The translations under genes were made by a program, and so were the position numbers. A stretch of DNA of 64,000 nucleotides from Cenococcum geophilum (lineage: Eukaryota). Within the stretch, counting starts at the first letter, position 1, and the number at the start of each line of letters is the position of its first letter. The DNA is taken from positions 22,010,001 through 22,074,000 of the forward strand of contig CP158635.1 in NCBI GenBank assembly GCA_050273025.1, given 5' to 3'. The notes below the pieces were generated by a model that worked only from the letters and a program-made list of their open reading frames with translations, was not told the DNA's origin and ran no database searches. Below are positions 10,923-24,200 of this stretch, in pieces.

Positions 10923-13900
10923 CGCGCTATTTATTTATAGGGTAGCAAAAAGCTAGCATTAGTTTGGTGGTTGAGCGTTTTGCTACAATTTGCTAGCAGA
11001 AGCTGCAAATTTGTTGCGAAACGCGCGGTTTGCGCGAATCGCTAACGACTATATACGACCACGCAAATCGCATAGTTTGCAGCAAATTGCCGCAATCTGC
11101 AACAACGCGCCCAAAAAAAAATTTCCTGATGTATTTAGCGTAGCTCTACTGCCTAGTAAATAGAGATACTTCGCGATAGCAACTATAGGCTATTATACGA
11201 TTATTAAGAACGTCTATAACGTTAATCTTTAATACTATAATATTGTTTAGGTATAATTTAACCTATATACATCTTTAATTAACGTCTTAAATACTTCCCC
11301 CTAGCTATATAATTAGTTTTTTTATAAAGAAGTAATAGCCAAATAGCTTATATACATGTTTCCTTTTTTCTAAATAGCGCTATTATAACAGAGTTATATT
11401 GGTAAGGTTACGGCTATTTACTAGAAGGGTATTGGACGGTAAAGTATAAAGACACTTTATTTATTAAGTTTAATACTTTTCCTTAACACCTTACTTCCCA
11501 TTATTAACCTTTATCTAATTTAGACGTATCTTTAATATATTATTAAAAATTTCTTCTTTTTTATTATTAATTTAATATACCTTTTTAATCTTCTACTAAC
11601 TACTCTTCTAAGAAAATTTCATAGCGTATTTTAGCCCTACCTTTATATATAAAACCCTAACCTTTACTAACTTGTAACTAGTGCTAGTTCTACCTAAATA
11701 ATTTTGCCAATATATCTTTAAAAGACTAGAAATCTAATAATAGGGTTCTAGAGGCTTATAATAAGACCTACTATATAAGGTCTAACACCTTTAGTCCTTA
11801 TAATTAATATATATATACTAAGAGCGGTAATTATATTAAGGTAAGCTTTTCTACCCTTAATAGATTTCTATTATTAACTTTAAGCTTTAATAGCCTGGGT
11901 CTAAATGGCGACGTTCCTTTAATATCTTTAACTACTATATCGCCTAGGCTCTCTTCTATTTAAGTGCTAATACTAAATATCTAGGTTAAATTTAAGATTA
12001 TGCCACAGCCGTCTATACCACCTATAACTTTTAGTAAGCTAGCTAGTAGCGCCTAATATATAAGTAAGGTTAGTATATTAAGGATAGGGTAAAGGATAGG
12101 GGCGATAAAAAGAAGGTCGCCGTATACTATAAGAAGGAGTTTATATATATACGTTAAGTTTTAAAAGAGCATAATATAATACGTTATTAGGTAGGTTACG
12201 CCTTAGGTACCTAACGGATAGGTAACTAACAGTTACTATAGTAAGGTCTTAGTGGTTTTAGACTATACCAGCTATCTAACATCTTTATTTATTCTAGGCT
12301 TAAGTGCATCTTTATTAACTATAAGCTAACACCCTAAGAGCTTTATTAGTATTATTTTGGACCTAATATTAGTATTAAGCGTTTAAGAATCTCTGCTCTT
12401 ACTACACCTTATTATCCTACCCCTGTTTTTATACCTACTTATATACCTATAAAGGGATCTTATTTCTATTAGCCGTACCTTAAAGGGCTAATAGATACTA
12501 ATCCTAATCCTAGGGATAAGGTATAGTGGCTTTTTAGATTAGGTATTTTAGATTTATTCTTATATATAGTAGCAATTAAGGACCTTAATTAGGTGCTTAA
12601 AAAGGCCTTATAAGGCTTTTAGAAAGGGCTTAAAAGCCTTAGAAATAAAGTTTTTAATATAGATTAATAAATAGGAATGCAATTCTAGCAAAATGCCCTA
12701 TTAACTCTATAATATATACTTGAAAAGGCTAAGGACCTATTCTGCCTTAAGCTGTAGCCCTAATCCTTATAGTTTCTAGAGCCTATCTATTCTATATCTA
12801 ATTTAACCTATTTACTCTTTGGGGCCCCTTACGGCCTACTATAAGCTTTCTTTATAGGTCGCAATAACACTATAGTATTAAAGCGCTTTTTATAATTTAT
12901 AGATTATAGACCTTAGTCCTAATATTCTTTTAGAATATCTTTATAATAATTAAGGTAATCATCTGGTTCCTATATAGAGTCCTTAGCGGGCTAGCCTAGC
13001 TATTTAAATTTATATTAAAGCTTATTCTTAACAGACTTATAGTATAGTATAGCTTTAACCTTATACCGCTCGCCTACTACCTTAAGGTATTTAATTAGGC
13101 CTAGACGGAAGTTCTTTTCTAGCGGTAGTCTATACTATAGCTCTAGTAGGTTTATATAAAACATTAGATATATATAGGCTATAGATAGGGGTAGCTAGAG
13201 ACGGTAGGCTAGCTTACTAATTTATTCCTTAACTTAGAAGAGACCTAGGTATCTTATATTAAGCTTTTTTAATAGTTAATAGGTCTTAATATTTGTTAAA
13301 TGTAATAGAACTTTATCGCCTACTCTAAAATGATTATCCTAGTATTTACTGCTCTTAAGCGTTTTATAGGCTCTACTTTATATACTTTTATTACTCCTCC
13401 TATTCCTAAAGGTACCATTATACTTTCCGGTAAATATCCTTAGACTTTTTAGTAGGATCCTATAATTAATTATACAGCCTTAGCTAGTAATTACTAGGTA
13501 TACTATTAAATCTAAATAGTTAGACGCTATAGGCAATCTAGATTGGTGTATACTTATATAATACGTATTGCTTTAAATTATAAGTATACTCCGTATATAG
13601 AAGTAGCTTATACTAGTTATCTTACTAGTAGTTTAAATATATTTATAGGTAAGACTCTAGTTCCTAGTTCTAGCATTCTATATACCCATCCGTTTATAGA
13701 TAAAAGGCTATACTATAATAGCGGTCTATTTTTAAATAGAAGTATAGGTCTAACTAGTACTGGCTTATAAAGACGCTGCCCCTGTTAGTAATAATAGAGT
13801 ATAGCTAATCTACTTTAAGAAAGTATTTCTCCTTAATTAGGTTAGTAAGCGCTTATATATTAATCGTCTTATTAATAGGAAAATATTAGACGTACTTTAA

Positions 13901-16900
13901 AAACCTATTAATAAGTATAAGGACCGAATCGTATATTTATCCTTAACCATCTTTAAATAGCGGGAGATCTATAATAAAGTTTATGGCGTAATATTACTAT
14001 AGCTTACTAGCAGGGGGAACTAATTTAAGTAAACCCCATGGCTTATGCCTTTGGATTTTATATACTTAATACTTTTTATAGTAGCTAATATACTTCTTTA
14101 CTTCCTAATTAAGCTTTAGCTAATAGTATTTACGCTAAAGTAATTCCACTATTATAGCTTAACTATAGTAGCCGCCTATAGAATTATTATAATTATTTAT
14201 AAAAATCTTCTATTACAGATTTACTTCTTATAATACCTAAATATTACGAGATCTATATAGTAGGCCTATTAAGTCTAGTTCCTAATAGTAGCGTCTAGCT
14301 GCTTCCTTTTTATTATATTTTAGGTCTACTTTTATATTAAAGATAGCATAGGAAGCGTCCCTTTGTTATAACTTATAGATAAGATCTATTAACCTTTTAG
14401 ATAGTTTCTAGATAAAAGCTATTTTATCCTATACTACTCTAAGTATAAAACTAGATAGTACTATAGATCTTATAACTTTTTAATGCGTATATATTAGGAA
14501 GGCTACTATAAGGTTAAAGTCCTTTAATTATTATAGGACTCCGAGTTTTAATTACTCTATAGCTTCGCTATTAGTTTAAGGGAATAGCTTAATAATTAGA
14601 GGTAGTATATTACTAGGTTCCGTACTTATATTAGGGACATCCTATCTAAGTATATTTAGACCCTTAACGGTAATAGACTAGGTACTAGCTAGAACGTTTA
14701 TAGAAGCTAATAGGGGTTATACCGCCTAAGACTTAGTATATAAAGCTGTAGGTACTTAAGTATTTTATACCTAGAGCTTATTCTATAATATAGGGAGTAA
14801 AATATCTATTATCTGTTTTCCTTCTCCTATTTTAAAGCTTTTAGTATAGTCTAGCCGTTATAACAGTCTATTAGTAGGGTTGCTTTCCCCTAGCCTATAT
14901 TTAATCTTAAAATTAAATTATATAAGCTCCTTTACCTATCTAGCTTATTAAGGTATAAGCTCCTTTATAGTTATAAAGTAGCGTAGATTATAGTAATCTA
15001 AGAGTATATAAGTGGTATAGCTCGCGTACTTAAGGTAGTATTACTACTATTTAAAGCAGTTAACTATAGCTAGCAGTTTCTTATTATGGGTATAATACCT
15101 AATTTTAGGTCCCTAGAATTTTTTATTATAGAATATTACTAATCTCTAGTAGAGCTAGGTAGCGTCTAGATCTCTATTAGGTTATAGTAGGATACTAATA
15201 AGGGCAAAATTTAATATATTAGTAATTATTATTAATAGCTAATCTAAGTTAAAATGCCGTAGTAATAGAGCTTCTGTAAACTTTATATATAGTTTTTAAA
15301 AGGCCTCCTAAACCTTTCTAGGCTATAACTATAGTTTATACTATTTAGTTAGTCCTTTTTTAGTTTTCTTCCTTTTTATCTTTAAGCCTTTTACTCCTTA
15401 AACTGAGTCTTAGAAAGCTTCTATAATATAGTTAAATCGGTATTAGGTAACGTCTAAGTAGTTATAAATAAAGCGCCTATAGAAATTGGCAAAGCCTAGA
15501 AACACTTAAATATCCTAGTAGCTCTTTAGCTCTAGCCACTCTTAGATTATCTATACTCGTTCTAGGTCTATAACTATGCCTATAGGTATTATAATATAAT
15601 TTAGGAACTTAACTTACTTAGTATTAAAGATATACTTTAATGCCTTAGCGTAGAGGCCCTAATTATCTAAACGTTCTAGTACTTCGTGGATGTATTACTT
15701 ATACTAATCCTTATATTTTAAGTAAATTAGGATATTATCTAAATAGATAATATATATGCGGTTAACTAGCCCCTATAAAGCTCTGTAAATATATAATTAG
15801 AATATTATAGGCGTATTGGCTAGCCTAAAAGGCATTACTAGGTATTTAAAGTAGCTATATTAGGTCTTAAAAGCGGTCTTCTACTTATCCCCATTTTTAA
15901 TATAGAGCCTATAATAGGCGTCTTATAAATCTAGCTTTATAAAGATCTTCGCCCTAGATAGTCTATCTAGTATTTTACTAACTAGTAGTAGTAGGTAACG
16001 GTTCTATTACGGAACCCTACCGCAGGGGCCTCTATAGGAGAACCCCATGCTCTTATATATACCTCGCGTACAGCTTATGTCAGCTACGCGTAGGTATATC
16101 ACCTCCTTACGCCCTCGACCCTTACGATCGATCGCGTAACGTCTTGTAGACTCCTTAAATACATACGCTCTATAGCTACTACCCCCGTCCCATAACATTA
16201 CGTTGCGCCTTTTTTACCACTAATACTTAGCCTATAACTAATTCTACGTCTTTATAATACCGTAGGCGCTGCTAGAAGCAGCGTGTTTATAAGTTACCCT
16301 ACTCTATACTTCTAAGGAACCTATAATAGTAAGATAATATTCCTTACTAGCTACTATATTAAACCCAAAGAACAACCTAATACCTATACTTAACCTACGC
16401 CGCCAATTAACCCCAGGAGAATCTGACTTATTAGCCCTAGCCTTAACCCCTAAGGGGAAGCCTAGTGACTTAAAAGATTATAATAACCTTAACGAGGTAA
16501 ATATCGACAATGTTTTATCCTTTATTAACTATATAACTACAGATAAGCAAGCGGAAGAGCTACTACCCATTAAAATTAAAATATAAGACGCTAAAATGTT
16601 TATAAAAAAGGTAGCATAAGAACCTAATAAATACTACTGCCTTCTATAGAACTACCACCTAAAGCTTATATAAGCTGAAATGCGTACTGCCTAAGATTAC
16701 AATATTATCTAAGACCTATAAGCTTATAAGGCGCTCGCCGACAATATATACTAAGAGACCGAAGATAACCTCCGCGTGTCTAAACGCGACGTCCAATAGT
16801 TAAAGAAGGCTAAGATTATACTTATTGCTATAGTTACTAAAAAAACGGCATAATTAAATACTTATAATTTTAGCTTAATGAGTATATTTGTAATAACGCT

Positions 16901-19494
16901 AAACACCTCTTTACTGCATATAACGCTACCTAAGTCTCTACGCCCCCAGCAACTTTACCTACTTAATACTTAATAAAGGGTTAGCGCTAAGTAGCTTTAC
17001 CTAATAGGAACCCCTACTAATGCAGCGATAATAAAAGCTATAATAATTAAACTAAAGCTGCTACTATAGGGTCTAATATACGTTACCTTAATCCTCTAGT
17101 CTTTTAGGGAGACCGTAAGGAATATAGTTACTAGAAGATATAAATCCGCAAGAAACTAACCTAGAGCGCCTACCTTTTTCCTATAGAAGATACTAAGATT
17201 AGTTATATTATTAGGCGAATAAAGGGTATACTATTTAATAGACTCTTCGCCTAATAGGAAACTAATAGCCCTTAAAAGTGGTAGTCCTACTAAAAAGTCT
17301 TTAATAATCTTAACCTAATGTACTGTAACTACGACCTATTAGCTACTAGCTAAGCTAAACTATATACCCTAAAGATAAACCCCATTAAATTATTTAATAA
17401 ATTCTATATTAAACTCTAGGAATATACCGGAGCTCTTACCTAAGATAATACCGAAGACTAAAAGGACCTCCTTAAAAAAGTTACTTATCGCCTTAGTTAC
17501 GCAGCCGCCAGCTAAAACTATAACGATATTTATAATATGGTAGCAGCTCTACGGAAGATTAAACGACAACTAAATTAGATTACTACTACTAACTCTTTTT
17601 TAAAGACCTCTTTATAGAAGCCTTCTAGGCCTACCAAACCTATATATATTAAGCTACTAATACCTACTACTTTAAGTACTACCGGAGCCAATATTAATTT
17701 CTCTATACTAACCTTTCTATAAAAACTCCTAAATAGAGAGCGCGAGCTACTCTAGAAACTAGAATGCTACTATAGATGCCGTTAAGAAGGCTATTATTGC
17801 AATAACCTAAACTGCCTAATAGCTAGGTTTAGTAGCCGCCGCCTAATACTTAGCCTAATACCCTAAATACTAAATACATCGCTATATACTACTACTATAT
17901 AAGATAAAGACGTAGTAATAGCGGTAGAGTCGGATACGGAAGCGGAAAACGCTAAGTCCTAGCTCTAAGTTGTGGGTTAGGACGCCCTAACGACAGAGGG
18001 ATCTATATATTGGCTTACTTAATAGATAATTTAGTAAAGATAAATAAATAGAAATAGATAGTTTTATTTATAATAGGAACTACTACTAAAAAATAATATA
18101 AAAGCCGTTCTATAATTAACTGCGGAGCTATTAATAAATTTATAGATACCTAATTTATACGTACTTATAACCTACCTACTTTACCCCTTATTAAAGCCCG
18201 CGCCCTATAACTTGCTAACGGTAGTTATACTATATAGAAGATTACCTATATAGTATAACTCTACCTAGATATAAATAGGCACTAGAAAAAACTCTAGGCC
18301 TATATTACACCACTTACTAACTACCCTATTATTCTTAAAATAAACTAGCTTAAATAATATAACCCCGCCATTAACTAAAAGAAGAGAAAAGTAACCTTTA
18401 ACTCTAAATACTGCAGAAAGACTTGCCTAGGGCATAGCCTAGCCGCCTCTATTTACTCCCTAGGATATTAACCTACCTACAACTAACTACTACTATATAA
18501 GTGCTCTAGCCTTCTACTATATAGTATATAGGAAAGGCTAAACCGTCGCTATAGCTTCCTAATTATAACTATATAAGCTTAATAAAGAATAAGATTACGT
18601 CCTCTATAGTAATAGGATAGACATAGTTAACCTTTTAGAAGACGACGCCCCTATAGAACTCTATAGACTTTTACCTTTAGACTTTAAAAAGTTTATAAAG
18701 CTTAAAAAAGGACTTACTAATAAAGAACTCTATAAACTCCTCCCTAAGAGGTACTATAACTTTACTAATATATGCTTATAAAAGGGCGTAGATATACTCC
18801 CCCTATATTAACCTAATAACTATACCATTAATATTAAATAAGGAAAAATACTACCTTATAAGAGACCCTACCTAATATTAAAAGATAAACTTCTAGTTAT
18901 AAAAAAGTATATTAACGAGCACCTTAATAAAGGATTTATTCGTCCTAGTATATTACTAAAAGCCGCCTCTATCCTTCTCGCTAAAAAACTAGGAAGAGGT
19001 ATTTAATTCTATATTAACTATAAAGGACTTAACGCTATTATAATTATAAACTAATACCTAGTACCACTTATACGTAAGACCCTTAAGCGGCTTAGTTAAG
19101 CTAAAATCTATACTAAGCTTAATATTATTGCTGCCTTTAACTATTTCTAAATACGGAAAGGTAATAAATAGAAAACCGCATTTATATCGCGCTTTGGCCA
19201 ATTTAAATATACTATTATACCCTTTAGCGTATATAACGACCTAGGCACCTTCTAAAGCTATATTAATAACGCCTTATAAAACTACCTTAACGACTTCTAC
19301 TGTCACGGAACCCCACCGCAGGGGCCTCCATAGGAGAGCCCCGTGCTCTCGCGTACACCTCGCGTACAGCTTATGTCAGCTACGCGTAGGTATATCACCT
19401 CCTTACGCCCTTGACCCTTACGATCAATCGCGCAACGTCTTATAGACTCCTCGAATACATACGTCTTGTAGCCACTGCCCCGTCCTATGACATT

Positions 19495-19503
19495 ACGTTG
19501 CGC
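19495..19503 (+). promoter_or_regulatory. Putative self-priming primer-binding site of family C
   Basis: ACGTTGCGC lies 2 nt after the 5' LTR and is the exact reverse complement of GCGCAACGT at 19430-19438 in the LTR. Confidence 0.65.
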
Positions 19504-21184
19504 CTTTTTACTACCGACACCTAGCCTACGACCAATTCTACGTCTTTGTAATACTACAGGCGCTGCCAGAAGCAGCGTGCCTATGAGTTACCTCACTTTA
19601 TACTTCCAAGGAACCCACAATAGTAAGACGATATTCTTTACTAGCTACTATATCAAACCTAAAGAACAATCCAATACCTATACTCAACCTACGACGCCAA
19701 TTAATCCCAGGAGAATTTAATTTATCAGCCCTAGCCTTAACCCCTAAGGAGATGGACACCAATAATGTCTTATCCTTTATTAACTATATAACTACAGATA
19801 AGCAAGCAGAAGGGCTACTACCTATTAAAATCAAAATACGAGACGCCGAGACATTTGTAAAAATGGTAGCACAAGAACCTAATAAATACTACCGCCTTCT
19901 ATAGAACTACTACCTAAAGCTTATATAAGCCGAGATGCGTGCTGCCTAAGATCGCGATATTATTTAAGACCTACAAGCTCGCGAGGTGCTCGCTGATAAC
20001 ACGCGTTAAGAAACTGAAGATAACCTCCGCGTGTCTAAACGCGACGTCTAACAGTTAAAGAAGGCTAAGATCGTACTTATTGCTACGGTCACTAAAAGAG
20101 AAGGTATAATTAAATACCTATAATCTTAGCTTAATGAGTATATTCGTAATAACGCTAGACACCTCTCTACTGTATATAACGCCACTTAAGTCTCTATGCC
20201 CCCGGCAACTTTACCTACTTAACGCTTAATAGAGGGTTAGCGCTAAGTAGCCTTACCTAACGGGAACCCCTACCAAAGCAATAATAAAAGCTATAACGAC
20301 TAAACCTAAGCTGCCACCGTAGGGTCTAATGTATATTACTTTAATCCCCTAGTTTTCTAGGGAGACCGCAAAGAATACAGCTACTAGAAGATATAAATCC
20401 GCAAGAAACTAACTTAAAGCGCCTGCCTTTTTCCTACGGAAGATACTAAAATTGGCTATATTATTAGGCGAACAAAGGGTACACTATTTAACAGACTCTT
20501 CGCCTAATGGGAGACCAATAGCCCCTAGAAGTAGCAGTCCCACTAAGAAGTTCTTAATAATCTTAACCTAATATACCGCGATTATAACCTACTGGCCACT
20601 AACCAAGCTAAACTACGTGCCCTAAAGATGAGCCCTACTAAATTATTTAACAAGTTCTATGTTAAATTCTAGGAATACACCAAAGCCCTTACCTAAGATA
20701 ATACTAAAGACTAGAAAGATCTCCTTAAAAAAGTTACTTATCGCCTTAGTTACACAGCCGCTAGCTATAACTACAATAATATTTATAATATGGTAGCAGC
20801 TATACGGAAGATTAAACGACGACTGAATTAGATTGCTACTATAAACCCCTGCCCGAAGACCTCCTTATAAAAGCCCTCCGGACCTACTAAACCACTAACG
20901 CCTACTACCCTAAGCAATACTACTAGTCCTAATATTAACCTTTCTATACCAACCTTCCCGTAGAAGCTACTAGACGGAGAACGCAAGCTACTCTGGAAGC
21001 TAAAGTGTTGCTATAAATGTTATTAAAAAGGCTATTACAGCTATAGCCTAAACTGCCTAATAGCTAGGTTTAGTAGCTGCCGCCTAACACCTAATTTAGT
21101 ACCTTAAACACCAAATACGTCGCTATGTGCTATTACCGTATAAGATAAAGACGTAGTAATAGCGGTAGAGTTGGATACGGAAAC

Positions 21185-21224
21185 GGAAAACGCTAAGTCC
21201 TAGCCCTAAGTCGTAGGTTGGGAC
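21185..21224 (+). promoter_or_regulatory. Putative gag-pol -1 frameshift signal (GGAAAAC plus stem-loop)
   Basis: GGAAAAC, a 5-nt spacer, then stem GTCCTAGCC/GGTTGGGAC. The same arrangement occurs in C1 at 17944-17983, between the gag knuckle and the protease. Confidence 0.55.
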
Positions 21225-24200
21225 GCCCTAATAATAAGGGGATTTATATATCGGCCTACTTAATAGATAACTTAGTAAAGATAAATGGACGGAAATAGAT
21301 AGTTTTACCCGTAATAGGAACTACTACTAAAAAATAATATAAAAGCTGTTCTATAATTAATTATGGAGCTACTAATAAATTTATAGATACCCAATTCGTG
21401 CGCATTTATAACCTACCTACTTTACCCCTTACTAAAGCCCGCGCCCTATAACTCGCCAACGGTAGTTATACCGCATAGAAGATTACCCATATAGCATAAT
21501 TTTACCTAGACATAAATGGGCACCAGGAAGAACTTTAGGCCTATATTATACCACTTACTAACTACCCTATTATCCTTAGAATAAACTAGCTTAAATAACA
21601 CAACCCCGCTATTAACTGGAAAAAGAGAGAAGTAACCTTTAACTCTAAATACTGTAGAGAGACCTGCCTAGGACATAGCCTAGCCGCCTCTATTTACTCC
21701 CTAGGATACCAACCTAAGGAACCCCTTATTACCCTACCTATGACCAACTACTACTATATAAGTGCCGCGGCCTTCTACCGCATAGTATATAGGAAAGGCT
21801 GGACCGTTATTACAGCCTCCTAATTATAACTATATAAGCTTAATAAAGAATAGGACCACGTCCTTTATAGTAATAGGATAGATATAGTCAACCTCCTAGA
21901 AAACAATGCCCCCGCAGAACTCTACGGACTTTTACCTTCAGACTTTAAGAAGTTTATAAAGCTTAAAAAAGGACTTACTAACAAGGAACTCCACAAGCTC
22001 CTCCCTAAGAGGTACTATAACTTTATTGACGTGTGTTTATAAAAGAGTGTAGATACACTCCCCCTATATTGACCTAATAACCATGCCATTAATATTAAAT
22101 AAGGAAAAACGCTACCCTATAAGAGACCCTACCTAATGTTAAAAGATGAACTTCTAGTTGTTAAAAAGTATATCGACGAATACCTTAATAAAGGGTTTAT
22201 TCGCCCTAGCATATCCCCAGTAACCGCCCCTATCCTCCTTATTAAGAAGCCAGGAGGAGGTATTTAATTCTACATTAACTATAGAGGACTTAACGCTATT
22301 ACGATTAAGAACCGATACTCTGTACCGCTTATACGTAAGACTCTTAAGCGGCTTAGCTAAGCCAAAATCTATACCAAGCTTAATATTATCGCCGCCTTTA
22401 ACCGCCTCTAAATATAAGAAGGTAATAAATGGAAAACCGCATTTGTATTACGCTTTAGCCAATTTAAATATACCGTTATGCCCTTTAGCGTATATAACGG
22501 CCCAAGCAGCTTCCAAAGCTATATTAATAACGCCTTACAGGACTACCTTAACGACTTCTGCTCTGCGTACCTAGACAATATACTTATTTATAGCGATGAC
22601 CCTTCTAAGCATACTAAGCACGTTTAAAAGGTCCTACAGCGCCTTAGGGATATAGGACTTTATATTAATTTAAAGAAGTGCGAATTCTTAGTTATAAAAG
22701 TAAAATACCTTAGACTAATTATTACTACTAAGGGTGTCCGTATAGACCCTAAGAAGGTACGCATAATTACTGAATAGCAAACCCCTAACTGCATTAAAGA
22801 CGTATAAGCTTTCCTCGGTTTCGCTAACTTCTATTAAAAATTTATATACAACTTCTCGGGTATTATAGCACCACTCACAGCAATAATGCGAACGAAGGGC
22901 CTTTCTATAAAAGGAAGAAAAACATATCTATATTTTATCTAGACGCCTAAATATAAGAAGGCGTTTTAAGACCTTAAAGATGCTTTTACTAAAGCACTTA
23001 TCCTAGCTCACTTTATACCAGAATAACAACTCTATCTTAAGACTGACTCCTCAGACTACGTTAACGTAGGCGTCCTCTCCTAGATAGGCAACGACGGTCT
23101 CCTCTACCTAGTCGTATTCTATTTATCTAAGCTTATACTATAAAAATGTAACTACGAGATCTATAATGAGGAACTTCTCGCAATTATATAAGCGTTCAAG
23201 GAATTCCAACCGGAACTTTCCTTAGCAGAACCTAACTAGCCAACTAAAGTCCTTATAGATTATCGCAACCTTGAGTACTTTATAACTATAAAATAGCTAA
23301 ACTAACGCTAAGCACGCTGGAACAAGTTCCTCTCTGGTTTTAACTTTAAAATTATATATAGGCTAGAAGTATAAGGTACTAAGCCTAATAGCCTAATACG
23401 CCGCTTATAAGACCTTCCTTAGTCTAAAAATAACCCCCGTAACTAGTTCTAATAACAGACAATTTTAAAAGCACGGAATTTGGCCCTAGGTATACTACCT
23501 ACAATAGAGCCAACTATACCTCAGCTCTATACTATAGAACTAGAATTACCTTTCGAAATTAATAAGCTTATCACCACGGCATATAACACCTCTATTAACC
23601 TATTACTATATTAACTTATTACCGCAAAGACCGCCGGCACCTATACGCTATTAACTAAACTCCAAAGCTTAGGCTAGATTAATATAGTAGCCTTAGAAGT
23701 AAAAGAGAATAGGCTCTATTATAGAGGCCGTCTATTTATCCCCAACTTAGAAAATCTACAACGGTAACTAATTTAAATGGCCTACGACCTCTGATCAAGC
23801 GGCTATTTAGGTAGAGGAGGAACCTATAAGCTTCTTAGCCAATACTACTTCTGGCCTAAAATAATAGACTTAGTTAAACGCTTTATAGGCGCCTGCTATA
23901 GTTATAAGCGCGCTAAGGCCTTTAATATAAAGTACCAAGGACTACTACACCCTCTATTAGTACCTATATGACAATGGGCAGATATCGCTATAGATTTCGT
24001 TGTTAACCTACTACCCTATAAGTGACATGGCCGTACTTATAAGAACATCCTTATGATAATATGCCAACTTATAAAAGAGCGCCACTACGTCCTAACTAAA
24101 GGCGTAGCCGTTAGCAACATCACTAACGCCTTCCTCTATGAAATCTACCAATTACATAGGTTACCTAATTTAATTACGTCCGACCGAGGTATATAATTCG

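Larger units (their letters stand above)
8887..11131. mobile_element. Non-autonomous TIR DNA element 1 (TA-flanked, CATCAGGA...TCCTGATG) carrying minisatellite arrays
   Basis: TA at 8885-8886 and 11132-11133. Inverted ends CATCAGGA-T-run-AGGCGCGTTATTGCA and TGCAACAACGCGCCC-A-run-TTTCCTGATG. No transposase is recognisable. Confidence 0.8.

Noticed and set aside
13543..13770. Duplicated small ORF (13543-13770 and 58454-58663)
   Set aside because: It is antisense to the family B integrase and is duplicated only because the element is.
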